Positions 1 through 9,909 of a stretch of DNA of 64,000 nucleotides are shown here, piece after piece; position 1 is the first letter of the stretch, and each line of letters begins with the position of its first letter. A program made the position numbers and the translations under genes. Origin of the DNA: Nitrosomonas sp. (GTDB lineage Bacteria; Pseudomonadota; Gammaproteobacteria; Burkholderiales; Nitrosomonadaceae); assembly GCF_021582535.1 (NCBI RefSeq), contig NZ_CP091134.1; one strand, written 5' to 3'. A model generated the notes under the pieces. It did not search any database and was not told where the DNA came from. It saw only the letters and a program-made list of their open reading frames with translations.

Positions 1-1320
1 AGTCCGGCGTATATAAGAGAGCATATAAGCGGCACCCAGTATCGCACCGGATAGTGCAGCAACGCCTAAAACGGAATGTGCGCTGATGGCACCCATGATC
101 ATCAGCAATTCGGCCGGGAAACCGCTGGTGCCGGGTACCCCGATACTGGCTAACGTAAATAAAAAGAAGAAGGCCGCCAGTTTTGGCATAACTTTGGCAA
201 GTCCGCCCAAATGAATGGCTTCGGTGCTGCCGAGCCGATGTTGAATAAAACCGGCAATAAGCATCAGTGAGCTGGCCACCAAGGTAAAATTCAGCAGTTG
301 AAAGATTGCACCTTGGAATCCCTGTATGTTAAGTGACGCGATCCCCACCATGACTAATCCGACGTGACTGACACTGGCATAGGCAAGCAAGCGGCGTAAA
401 TTTGTCTGCTGCAGTGCGATCAAAGCACCATAGATGAGCGTAAAAGCGCCCACCACGCTCAAGATCCAGCTATATTCCATCGCGGCAGCGGGCGCTAACG
501 GCATCGCAAAACGTAAAATGCCATAAATACCTAATTTTAGCCCGACGAGAATGGCGGCAATATGCGTCGGCCCTTCGGTAGCCACCGTGGGTAACCAAGT
601 GTGCAGCGGGACCAGCGGGGATTTGACAGCGAAACCGAAGAGTAATAACAGAAAGACGATTTCCTGCAACTCATGCGGTAATGCCGTATTCAATAAAACA
701 GGCAGACTGAAAGACAAATCATTGGGTATTTGCCCTCCCGATTGAATCGCGTGGTTTGTTGCCAATACGATAATCGCCAGTAACAAAGTGACGCCGCCGG
801 ATAGCATAAATAATGTGTATTTCATGGCTGCGCTGCGCCGGTGTGAGCCAATGCCCCACAAACCGATCAAGAAAAAGAACGGCGGTAATGTCAGCTCCCA
901 AAAGAGGAAAAACAGCACCGTATCGAGCGCGCAAAATATGCCGATACTGACGCCTTCGAGCGCTAATAATAAAGAAAAATGAAAGCGCGAGGAATGGGAA
1001 ATCGTATTCCATGAGGCCAGCATCGTGATCAAAGTCAGCAATGCCGTCATCGGGAGAAATAATACCGAGATACCATCAACACCAATCAAGTATTCGATAT
1101 TCAAAATTGAAATCCAAGCGTGGCGTTCAACTAACTGAAACTCGCCTTTGCTAGCGTCAAATAAAATGAGAACACAGATCGTCAGCAATAGCGATAATAC
1201 TGCGACAAAAAAGGCGACTTGCTTCGAGAAATCGATATTGCGTATTGATCCAGCCAATATAGCCCCCAATAAGGGGACAATCATCGTAAGGCTGAGCAGC
1301 GGGAAATCAGCTTCAATCAT
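1..1320 (-). CDS. NuoM/ND4-like proton-translocating membrane subunit (Proton_antipo_M family), 3' end outside the window
   Basis: Not in the ORF track. Read manually from ATG at 1320 (MIEADFPLLSL...), open to position 1. Motifs GVDGIS, FFLFWELTL, FGFAVKSPLVPLHTWLP, GLKLGIYG, LLAYASVSHVG, GVPGTSGFPAE. Confidence 0.88.
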   Translation of the reverse strand, partial: MIEADFPLLSLTMIVPLLGAILAGSIRNIDFSKQVAFFVAVLSLLLTICVLILFDASKGEFQLVERHAWISILNIEYLIGVDGISVLFLPMTALLTLITMLASWNTISHSSRFHFSLLLALEGVSIGIFCALDTVLFFLFWELTLPPFFFLIGLWGIGSHRRSAAMKYTLFMLSGGVTLLLAIIVLATNHAIQSGGQIPNDLSFSLPVLLNTALPHELQEIVFLLLLFGFAVKSPLVPLHTWLPTVATEGPTHIAAILVGLKLGIYGILRFAMPLAPAAAMEYSWILSVVGAFTLIYGALIALQQTNLRRLLAYASVSHVGLVMVGIASLNIQGFQGAIFQLLNFTLVASSLMLIAGFIQHRLGSTEAIHLGGLAKVMPKLAAFFFLFTLASIGVPGTSGFPAELLMIMGAISAHSVLGVAALSGAILGAAYMLSYIRRT

Positions 1321-1321
1321 T

Positions 1322-2911
1322 CTAATTGTCCTTTGTAATAATATACTGCGTAGTCAACAACTTGTCAGTATTAAGCGCGTCGATGTTGTGATGCGAGTTG
1401 CTGCCGGTAGTGTGAATGTTCTGATCGATGATATGCAGCCAGGGTGATGAATTAAGTCCGGTAGCAATGAGTGAACCGCAGATTGCAATAGTTATAATCC
1501 ATTCGTTCCTGGGAGATGGCGGAGAGCTGGCGTGATGAATATTCACGAAAGGTCCTTGGAAGCGCTTCGGTGTAGCAATGAATATTTGCTGGAAAGCACG
1601 TAACAGCAAACCGACCGTCAAAACGTTACCAAATAGAATTGCAATGGCGATGAGCCATCCCTGACCTTGGATAGTGCCATCGATTAATAAGTGGATGCCA
1701 TCGAAACCGGGAGTTCCCGGCATTCCCATCGTACTCAGGGCGCAGATTACAAACAAAACGGCAATGGCTGCATTGGTGTCAAACATGCCGCCCAAGCGTG
1801 GAATGAATGCCGTATGCGTGCGTTTGTATATCATGCCGAGACTTAGCAGTATGCCGGCTGTCGCCATACCGAACGATATCGCCAAAACGATACCGCCTTC
1901 CATGCCATGTGTGCTGAAATCAAATAAGCCGACGGTAATTAAGCCGGTTTGGCTGATAATGGCAAAAGCGATTAACCGGCGGAAATTGATTTGCATAAAC
2001 GCCAGCAATGCGCCGTAAAAAATTCCGATCAAACCCAGCATCGTGACGAACCATGCCCACTGTTCGGCAACTTCAGGCACCAGGGGAATCAAATAGCGTA
2101 CGATGGCATAAATACCGAGTTTCAGGCTGACTAGAAAAATGCCGACACTCGCAATGGTTCCATGTTCAGCGACGACCGGCAACCATGCATGAAATGGAAA
2201 CAATGGCATGCGAATGGCAAAACCAAATAACAACAAGAAAAAAATCAACGTCGGATATTCATGCGTGACGTTGCTTTCCTTCAGAACAAGCCAATCGAAC
2301 GATAAAACGTCGGTGGTTAACATGATGCCGAATCCAAGCATCATGAAGCCGGCTAACGCCATCAATAATCCGCTGCTAAAGTGCTGCAGCACTAATGCGA
2401 CAACCCAGCGTCGGTTCTGACTGGATCCCGATCGCAATGTCATCAAGACAATAGGGATCATTTCAAGAAAACACCATAACCAGAATTGCATGGCATTCAG
2501 CGCCGCAAAAGCGCCGATGAGAATTGCTTCATAACCCAATAGTGAAGCGATATGGGTCCGGTCTGACACATGCCGCGCCGTGAGGGTATAAATGAGAGTC
2601 AGCAGTGCCAGAGTGGTTGTCAGCAGTATGAATAAAATATTAGTGCCATCGACGCCGACAGTGTAGGTTACGCCCAAACTCTGATAGCGCTCATAAAGTT
2701 GTATACCCGTCAGATCTGCATTAAAAATGGATAACAGATATACGCTCAGCAAGAATGTCAACACCGTTCCGGCAAAACCGAGACGCAAGGCGGCAACGGG
2801 CGAAGATGTCAAGATTACCGCGAACATCGCCGTCAAGGGTATGAGCGTCAGTACTGATAAAATTGGAAATGAAACTGTTTCCGACCAATAAGTAATATGT
2901 GTAATATCCAT
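1322..2911 (-). CDS. Divergent NuoM/ND4-like membrane subunit
   Basis: Motifs GVDGT, FAIRMPLFPFHAWLP, LKLGIY, GMPGTPGF. Start moved to ATG at 2911 (MDITH), which has GAGG upstream and does not overlap the previous gene. Confidence 0.85.
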   Translation of the reverse strand: MDITHITYWSETVSFPILSVLTLIPLTAMFAVILTSSPVAALRLGFAGTVLTFLLSVYLLSIFNADLTGIQLYERYQSLGVTYTVGVDGTNILFILLTTTLALLTLIYTLTARHVSDRTHIASLLGYEAILIGAFAALNAMQFWLWCFLEMIPIVLMTLRSGSSQNRRWVVALVLQHFSSGLLMALAGFMMLGFGIMLTTDVLSFDWLVLKESNVTHEYPTLIFFLLLFGFAIRMPLFPFHAWLPVVAEHGTIASVGIFLVSLKLGIYAIVRYLIPLVPEVAEQWAWFVTMLGLIGIFYGALLAFMQINFRRLIAFAIISQTGLITVGLFDFSTHGMEGGIVLAISFGMATAGILLSLGMIYKRTHTAFIPRLGGMFDTNAAIAVLFVICALSTMGMPGTPGFDGIHLLIDGTIQGQGWLIAIAILFGNVLTVGLLLRAFQQIFIATPKRFQGPFVNIHHASSPPSPRNEWIITIAICGSLIATGLNSSPWLHIIDQNIHTTGSNSHHNIDALNTDKLLTTQYIITKDN

Positions 2912-2918
2912 CGAAACC

Positions 2919-4487
2919 TCAAATTGAAGCAGCAATCATTAAGACAATGAATACAAACAGGACCAAATAGCGCGGCTTGAGAATAAGTTGCTCAAAAGTA
3001 TTCGCAATCTGTCCAAGTTTTCTGCCAATATCGACTGTATCCATACCAATACCACGCAAAACCAGGCGATCTTCAAACCAGCTCATGATATTTGCTATCC
3101 ATTCAAAGAATTTACCGACTATGCCGCTGCCGCGGACAAATTCAATGTGTATGCCATCGCGGATATCTTTATCCATGTTTTTCTCTAATTGCGTCAGCGA
3201 TGAAATGGTGTAGTTTGAAGAAACCGGAGCACCCATGGCCCGATCGATGATGTTTTTATCGAATCGATCCAAGTCATGCCCCAGGCCATAAATAGGTCTG
3301 ACCAACGTCCTGTCCGCAATGGGATCAAGCCAGAAACGCTGCAATGATGCGATATACAGCCAGCGCTTATCGGCGATTGCGGATGCTACCGGCTTCATCG
3401 GATTGCCGTAGACATAGCGCAATAAGGAAGGGGCTGTTAATACCTGATAATTTCTCACCATGGCATGGGCGCAGAGGTGCCAGCTTGCCAATTCCCACAA
3501 CCCTAATCCGCACTCCAGAAACATCAGACCGAGCTGCCCGGAAATGGCAAAGCATAATGAGCTTTTGGTGTCTGTCTGTGTTAATCCGACAATAAAACTA
3601 TACACAGCCGTGAGAAATCCAATTACTACCAGCACGGCCATGGTTAGCGGTGCGAGCTCAATAATCGGACGCAGCAAAATTACTAAGAAAATGCCTGCGT
3701 GTATCATGACAGCGCCATAAAACACCGCGCTTGAAGGCGTAGGTCCTTCCATTGCTCGTGCTAACCAGGGTGTGAATGGTAGTTGCGCCGATTTGGCAAT
3801 GGCGGCAACAACAAAACATAAGCTGATTACGGTCGCGGTAGGTGTAGGGAGGTTTGTGGCGATTTCATTCAGACTGAGCCAATTGGTTGTGCCGGCATAA
3901 TAAAAGGAAAGTGCAATCCCCAGGATAAAGCCGGCGTCACCGATCCGGTTGGTGACGAATACCCGGGTGGCGTTGATGGCGGCTGTGGGGCGGTCGTAGG
4001 CGAAAGATATTAATAAATAGGAGCATAACCCGGCGATCTCCCAACCGATAAAGGTACTGATCGCGTTACCCGATAGGATCAGCAGCAACATTCCCGACGA
4101 GAACAGGCATAAAACGAAAAAGAACCTATGGAAGCCAGGCTCCGCGTGAATATAATTGATTGAAAAGCGCGCTATGATGACCAGAATAATTGAAAATAAG
4201 GCGGCTGCAATGACACTAAAACCGGTAGTGATGAAGTTGAGTTCAACTACAAAATTTCCACTATCGAGCCATTTTCCTAACGTAATGTAGTTCGGGCTTA
4301 TTCCAAACAAATCAGCGCCGAGTAAGCCTATCGCGATCAAACATGACAGTGTTATGGCATTTTTAGCCACATTGGCACTGATAGGTTCGTCTTTCTTTCC
4401 ATTGATACGGTCGAATAAAATGCCAAAACCGATGATTGCCGCAGCAATGAGTGGCAGTAGCGGTATTAAGAAGACCAGATAATCCAT
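2919..4487 (-). CDS. dabB: NuoL/ND5-like membrane subunit, DabB-type partner of DUF2309
   Basis: Motifs GWEIAGLCSYLLI, NRIGD, AKSAQLPFTPWLARAMEGPTPSSA, GQLGLM. Lies 1 bp downstream of the DUF2309 gene. Confidence 0.8.
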   Translation of the reverse strand: MDYLVFLIPLLPLIAAAIIGFGILFDRINGKKDEPISANVAKNAITLSCLIAIGLLGADLFGISPNYITLGKWLDSGNFVVELNFITTGFSVIAAALFSIILVIIARFSINYIHAEPGFHRFFFVLCLFSSGMLLLILSGNAISTFIGWEIAGLCSYLLISFAYDRPTAAINATRVFVTNRIGDAGFILGIALSFYYAGTTNWLSLNEIATNLPTPTATVISLCFVVAAIAKSAQLPFTPWLARAMEGPTPSSAVFYGAVMIHAGIFLVILLRPIIELAPLTMAVLVVIGFLTAVYSFIVGLTQTDTKSSLCFAISGQLGLMFLECGLGLWELASWHLCAHAMVRNYQVLTAPSLLRYVYGNPMKPVASAIADKRWLYIASLQRFWLDPIADRTLVRPIYGLGHDLDRFDKNIIDRAMGAPVSSNYTISSLTQLEKNMDKDIRDGIHIEFVRGSGIVGKFFEWIANIMSWFEDRLVLRGIGMDTVDIGRKLGQIANTFEQLILKPRYLVLFVFIVLMIAASI

Positions 4488-4488
4488 G

Positions 4489-7400
4489 TCAGGCTCCTGT
4501 CACATGAGGTTGCTTAATTAAAACGGGGGGCAATGGCACATTGATATCCTGATAATATGCAACGGATGATTCATACTCAGGCACGTGCTTTTTCTCTGGC
4601 TGCCAAGGAACAAATCCAACGCCCCGTTCAAATACTGAAATTTCAGCCGTATCGGGATCGATTGCGCTAAGCAAAATCCAACCGCCACCCACCAGCTCAC
4701 GGATACTGGCCTGACGTTCATAAATCTGTCCCAGTATTTCGGTTTTGGCTTCAACCAGCACCTGTAACCGCAACGGTTCATGAATTTCGATCATCTGCTT
4801 GGTTAATCCGGTGCGTAAATCGCTGCTGGTGCCTTCGAGCACACCGAACATGCCGGTAATGTTATGTGTGACTTTGGAGCCGGAACCGAAATAATCGTTA
4901 TTGACTGTGGAAAAGTAGTATTCCAGGTTGATACCGGCGCCCACCGGGCCGACCGCTAGCAATAGGTTTTCCAGCAACTTACCGTCGGCATCCTGCGTGG
5001 GATCGTATGAAATGAGAAAAACACGCCGATCCAGGAACGTTCCTTGCGATACGGATCGCCGTCCGACAATGGCTGCGGCGATCGTGGCATGATTGAATTC
5101 CGGAAATGCTTGAGAAAAATCATTGGCCCGTAAAACCACATGCTCCTTGCCAACTTCCGGAGAACGGGGATTATCGGCCGAAACAAAGCGGCGGCAGCGC
5201 TCGTGCGCCGAAGCTTTACTCGCTTTGATCAGATCATTCCTGAATGCTTCAAAAGCGGACAATGCGCTTTGTGGAATATCCTCAAGATCGTACCAATAGT
5301 ATTCGTCGCTACAGGTGTCGTGTTCGGCGCCGACAAACCAGGTGTCATCGGGAATGTGAATACCGCGTTCGGCGAGTAATTTTCTAACTTCCGGACGATT
5401 GGCCATGGCTGCAAAAAGCCGCGCATTCGGTCCGCCGCGTTTGCCGCTACAGGCGCCGCAGTTGTAACCGAACTCATGCGGATTATTGAGGTTGGTGGAT
5501 CCATGGCCGGTTAAGCAAACAATCGGGGCAAAGCCGTATGATAAGCCGGTCGTACGCATGAAAACCGTTAACCGGTCGGCTTGCTCCGTATCGGTAAAGC
5601 CCAGCCGGGGCTGGTCCGGGGTTGCGGGCGTATCCGAAGCGGGTGCCTTGAACATCAGTTCGGTAGGGACTTTCTTTTCAATGCTTTGCCGTATTGAAGT
5701 ATTCAGCGCTAAAAAATACTTCGGCAAGAATACCCGACCTAACAAACCGGCAAACACAACCGGCGCCAATGCATCGATGATCGCATGCGAAAAAATAAGG
5801 CTGCGCCGCAATGATTGATTCATCAGATAGGCGAGCTTCCTGTAAAAGCGATATCCGTTGGAGTGCTCTTGCAGTATCGGTTCCGCACCTTTTCTCGGCA
5901 CTTCATTGACATCATTCGCCGGGCGCACGACTACTGGACACTGCATCTTGATTTCTACATCGTCCACCCCTTTGTAATTCATCGGCACGCCAAAAAATCC
6001 CGCAGCGCCGATGGTCTCGATGGCGGGGTTAATTTCTTCCAGCTGGCGGCGCAGACTTTCTTCGCGGTCATCCATGCAGGTGACGATTTGCGCTTGCGCC
6101 CGCTGGGTACGCTTGGCCCAGCGTCCGCGGCCGGTATTGGCGCGCAAAGTTTGAAAAAAATCTTCCCGGAAATGGTACTCGTAAGCATATAGCCATATTT
6201 TGCTTCGCTCCGGCGCGCTAAATTCGTCAAGAACTTTCAGCAATTGCAGCAGATCGCTTTTCTGCATGCCATCGATATCCGTAGCAGTGAGTCCCAGATG
6301 CTGGGACAAGCGGAAGAGCCGCCAGCCGCTGTTAAAAGCCGCATGCTCAAAATCATTTTTTACCAACGGGCTGAACTGCCAAGTCCAGGCTAAATCAGCC
6401 AATGATTGCCATTCTTCCCGTCTTTCGCGTTCGGAACCGGCGCGCATGATCAAATCCTTGGCAAGATTGGTCAGATATTCCGGTAAATGACCATCATACA
6501 ATTGCTTCCTGACCATGAACTCGGATAAATTTCTGCGAAAATAATAGCCGATCGTTCCCAGCTTGGCTTCAATCTTCCAGGTGTCTTTGCAGGCCTGATT
6601 GAGCCATAATCGATCCAATGTCAGGCGGATAGCCAGATAATCCGCCAAATGCAATCTGGCATCATTTTCGGTATGGTAATCAGGATTATGCTGACGCCAA
6701 TTGATCATTCCCGACCAGCCCGGCAGCTCAAGCGCCAGCCGTTGTATATAGCCTTCCCATTTTTCTTGCGGAATTTCCAGGTTGGTTAACTGCAGAATAA
6801 TGCAGTCGACCGGATCTTCCGGTGTTTCATCGACAATACTTTGCCAGTCGGGCAGGTCATGCAGAAATGGGTTGACATCGAAATGTGCTGTCGACCGCCA
6901 GGCGGCATACAGGCCTAATTTGCTGCGTTCGGGTAATTGCCAGGCAGCGACGCCTTCATCGAGTACCGAGGCGCAGATCCGGATAATCTGCGGCCGGATG
7001 GAATACAGAATGTCGACACCGTTTAATGCCAGGACGAAACTGCGCAATGTAATTTTGTCACCGATCTGTGCCAGCATGTCATTGAGTTCGGCTTCGGCAT
7101 CCATTCTCATTTTTTGATGCACTGGAATGCCTTCACCGTTGGCCAGTGTTATTTTGATTTTTTCCAGCCACTCTTTTGCCTGCTCCTCCGAGAGATCCAG
7201 CATGTTTTCCGGATGCAAGTCGGTGAGTTCAATGCCGAGTTTGCTCAGAATGCTTTCCCAGAGATGTTTAACGACGACACTGGGATCGGAAATGCAACTG
7301 AGCATCCGGGCACGGGCTTCTTTAGAGACATCCGGTTGAATGGTATGCAGCACATTCAGTTCTTCGATCTGCCAGTTCAATTGACTGATCGACAGGGTTG

Positions 7401-7761
7401 GCAGCTCGTGCAGTAACGCAACTTGATAAATATCCCTGCGCCGGATTGTCAGATCGTCGGCATGAAATACAATCTGCTCGGACTGCAGGCTTTTGCTATG
7501 CTCGAACGCAGCGGAAAGATCGGTATCGGTAATCCGTCCCTGCTGATAAAGTTCGCGGTTCTTAGAATCCGGCAGATAACCATAAACACCGGTCAATTTT
7601 TCATACTCTGCCACGCCTTCTTCAAACGGGAAGTGTTGAAAGCCGTGAATCGTATTGTGATGCACAAATTTATGCAACGGACGTTGCCCTGGAAGAATGT
7701 GATCCAGATGATTAATAGTTTCAATTACATGGCTACGTAAATCATGAGATTCGCTTGTCAT
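4489..7761 (-). CDS. dabA: DUF2309/UPF0753 inorganic carbon transporter subunit DabA (beta-carbonic-anhydrase-like)
   Basis: 1090 aa. N-terminal HILPGQRPLHKFVHHN, ALELPGWSG, Zn-ligand motifs CMDDREES, GHGS and NCGAC, plus FLISYDP, GINLEYYFS, HEPLRL. Confidence 0.92.
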   Translation of the reverse strand: MTSESHDLRSHVIETINHLDHILPGQRPLHKFVHHNTIHGFQHFPFEEGVAEYEKLTGVYGYLPDSKNRELYQQGRITDTDLSAAFEHSKSLQSEQIVFHADDLTIRRRDIYQVALLHELPTLSISQLNWQIEELNVLHTIQPDVSKEARARMLSCISDPSVVVKHLWESILSKLGIELTDLHPENMLDLSEEQAKEWLEKIKITLANGEGIPVHQKMRMDAEAELNDMLAQIGDKITLRSFVLALNGVDILYSIRPQIIRICASVLDEGVAAWQLPERSKLGLYAAWRSTAHFDVNPFLHDLPDWQSIVDETPEDPVDCIILQLTNLEIPQEKWEGYIQRLALELPGWSGMINWRQHNPDYHTENDARLHLADYLAIRLTLDRLWLNQACKDTWKIEAKLGTIGYYFRRNLSEFMVRKQLYDGHLPEYLTNLAKDLIMRAGSERERREEWQSLADLAWTWQFSPLVKNDFEHAAFNSGWRLFRLSQHLGLTATDIDGMQKSDLLQLLKVLDEFSAPERSKIWLYAYEYHFREDFFQTLRANTGRGRWAKRTQRAQAQIVTCMDDREESLRRQLEEINPAIETIGAAGFFGVPMNYKGVDDVEIKMQCPVVVRPANDVNEVPRKGAEPILQEHSNGYRFYRKLAYLMNQSLRRSLIFSHAIIDALAPVVFAGLLGRVFLPKYFLALNTSIRQSIEKKVPTELMFKAPASDTPATPDQPRLGFTDTEQADRLTVFMRTTGLSYGFAPIVCLTGHGSTNLNNPHEFGYNCGACSGKRGGPNARLFAAMANRPEVRKLLAERGIHIPDDTWFVGAEHDTCSDEYYWYDLEDIPQSALSAFEAFRNDLIKASKASAHERCRRFVSADNPRSPEVGKEHVVLRANDFSQAFPEFNHATIAAAIVGRRSVSQGTFLDRRVFLISYDPTQDADGKLLENLLLAVGPVGAGINLEYYFSTVNNDYFGSGSKVTHNITGMFGVLEGTSSDLRTGLTKQMIEIHEPLRLQVLVEAKTEILGQIYERQASIRELVGGGWILLSAIDPDTAEISVFERGVGFVPWQPEKKHVPEYESSVAYYQDINVPLPPVLIKQPHVTGA

Positions 7762-7770
7762 ATCAATACC

Positions 7771-9243
7771 CTATTGAATACTTTGAATGATGGTGCCATT
7801 CATTTGGTTCATGGTTGCCATTGAAAGATCAATCAAAGGCGCGGGCCACAAACCGAACATGACGATTAATACAACCAAGAAACCGGCTGCAATGAGTTCG
7901 TATAGCTTTAAATCCTCGATATTACGCATCTGAGGTTTTACGGGACCGGTGAACAACATGCCGATGGTACGCATGGCATAGGCTGTTCCGATCATGATGC
8001 TGACCCCGAGCAGGATCATCAGATTGCCCCATTGCTGGAAGCCACCCACAATGGCATGCAGTTCGGCAATAAAGCCGACGGTGCCCGGCAATCCCATGGC
8101 CGCAAATAATGTGATCGTCATGAACAAAGCGAAGCGCGGCATGACTCTTACCAAAGAGCTGTAGTCCAGAATATTGCGGGTATGGGTACGCTCGTACAGC
8201 AAACCGACCAGCAAGAACATGGCTCCCGCCACCAGACCATGCGCGGTCATCTGTAAAACAGCGCCAATCAGGCCCGTTTTATTCATGGTGGCTATATCGA
8301 GCAGGATGATGCCCATATGACTGACCGAAGAATATGCCACCATCGCTTTCATATCCGTTTGCCGCCACGCCAGAACACCGCCATAAATCATTCCGATCAG
8401 CGCCAGGGTTATTAAGAGTGTTTGCAGCATTTGCGTGGCTTCCGGCAGCATGACAATCACTCTTATCATGCCGTAAGCGCCCATCTTGAGAAGAATACCG
8501 GATAGCAGGATACTGACCGGACTCGGCGCTTCAACGTGTGCCAGCGGCAGCCAGCCGTGTAACGGGAAAATGGGCATCTTAACGCCGAAGCCGATTAGAA
8601 AACCGATTAAAACCCAGATTTGCTCGTCTCTCGGCATACTCTGCGCAGCAATCGTCATCGCAGACATCAGAGTGCCGCCATGCGGCGGCATGTATTGACT
8701 GATCGCCAGCAAGCTGATCAGCATGAAAATTGAGCCGCCCATCGTATAGAGCACAAAATTTAAACTGGCGATATGGCGGCGTGTGCCTCCCCAGCGATCG
8801 ATCAGCAGAAACAGCGGCGCTAAGGTCAACTCCCAGAAAATATAGAATAATGACCAATCTTGCGAAAGAAAAACACCCAGCATGCCAAGTTCCAGCAACA
8901 AGATACTGACGTAGTAGCTTTTGATATTGCGTGCAATGTTGAAAGAAGCGAGTAGTGCAATTACAGTGAGCAATGCGGCCAATACCACCATGGGCAGTGA
9001 TAATCCATCGACACCTAATGCAAGTGCAGTATTAAGTTTAGGATTGAAAACAAAATACTCATAGAACTGTATTTGACCATCCGATCGATCGTAATTAAGA
9101 ACCAGCCAGAAACTCAAGAGAAACGCCAGGAGTGCAGTTAGATTAGCGGTGAAACGGATTTGGTTTGTGTTCTTACTCGGAATTAATGCAAGTACCAGAA
9201 TACCTAATACTGGTGTTAGAAGTAATGTACTGAGTATTCCCAT
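7771..9243 (-). CDS. NuoM/ND4-like membrane subunit, first gene of the dabA operon
   Basis: Motifs GVDGLS, FYIFWE, FGVKMPIFPLHGWLPLAHVEAP, LLKMG, AYSSVSHMG, AHGL, GLPGTVGFIAE. Confidence 0.9.
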   Translation of the reverse strand: MGILSTLLLTPVLGILVLALIPSKNTNQIRFTANLTALLAFLLSFWLVLNYDRSDGQIQFYEYFVFNPKLNTALALGVDGLSLPMVVLAALLTVIALLASFNIARNIKSYYVSILLLELGMLGVFLSQDWSLFYIFWELTLAPLFLLIDRWGGTRRHIASLNFVLYTMGGSIFMLISLLAISQYMPPHGGTLMSAMTIAAQSMPRDEQIWVLIGFLIGFGVKMPIFPLHGWLPLAHVEAPSPVSILLSGILLKMGAYGMIRVIVMLPEATQMLQTLLITLALIGMIYGGVLAWRQTDMKAMVAYSSVSHMGIILLDIATMNKTGLIGAVLQMTAHGLVAGAMFLLVGLLYERTHTRNILDYSSLVRVMPRFALFMTITLFAAMGLPGTVGFIAELHAIVGGFQQWGNLMILLGVSIMIGTAYAMRTIGMLFTGPVKPQMRNIEDLKLYELIAAGFLVVLIVMFGLWPAPLIDLSMATMNQMNGTIIQSIQ

Positions 9244-9447
9244 CGAACGATTTATCCTTTTATTATAAGATTGAGTTTTTATTAGAAATATTTATACATA
9301 ATTCAACATGTTGGTTTTAAATTTTTAAGTGAACCGAAATCTGATGAATGAATCGGAGCAAAACTGCTTCTCTGTCAGAACGGCTGCATTATCACTATCA
9401 GAAATCATTAAATCCCTGTTGCTGTAAGGGTAAGCTAACACAATGAA

Positions 9448-9486
9448 TGTGAATAAAAAGTGAAATGTATGTGAATAAGAAGTGAA
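9448..9486. promoter_or_regulatory. Four WGTGAA direct repeats at exact 11-bp spacing (candidate operator)
   Basis: tgtgaa 9448, agtgaa 9459, tgtgaa 9470, agtgaa 9481. Confidence 0.55.
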
Positions 9487-9790
9487 GATAACGAGGTATG
9501 AAAAAACTTTCTGAAACCGCTCGTCCGGTTGAAGAGAATCGAATTCATGGTGTTCTAGCGGTTTTTGATTGAGTGGAACGACGGGTATTTTTTTGCGGTG
9601 ATTTAGAAGTGGAAAAACAGAAATTTTTTCCACTCGCAACAAAAAAATGAAAGCATGTGAAATCAATACTCCATCTGGAATTGATGGACCGTATTGACTG
9701 AGAGATTCATGATGAATTTCGCTAAAAATGGATAAATTACTGTGTGTAAAATTTAATTGGTTTCAGATATTCAATTTCGATTGAAAAAAT

Positions 9791-9829
9791 TGTGAATATT
9801 TTGTGAGAATGTTGTAAAATTTATGTGAA
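9791..9829. promoter_or_regulatory. Four TGTRAR direct repeats at exact 11-bp spacing (candidate operator)
   Basis: tgtgaa 9791, tgtgag 9802, tgtaaa 9813, tgtgaa 9824. Confidence 0.55.
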
Positions 9830-9909
9830 GTTTGCCGGTTTTGAGATACTGAATTAATCGGAATGTGACTCAATAGGCAAATTTTGCAAACTCTTCTATA
9901 GGAGGCTTT

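Noticed and set aside
1-9243. Respiratory complex I (nuoL/M/N) or Mrp antiporter operon
   Set aside because: No other nuo or mrp subunits in the window, and DUF2309 is embedded in the operon.
9498-9572. 24-aa ORF MKKLSETARPVEENRIHGVLAVFD
   Set aside because: The GAGG is only 1 nt from the ATG and there is no other support.
9325-9666. 113-aa minus-strand ORF
   Set aside because: AT-rich promoter region, TTG start, no recognisable motif, overlaps the repeat array.
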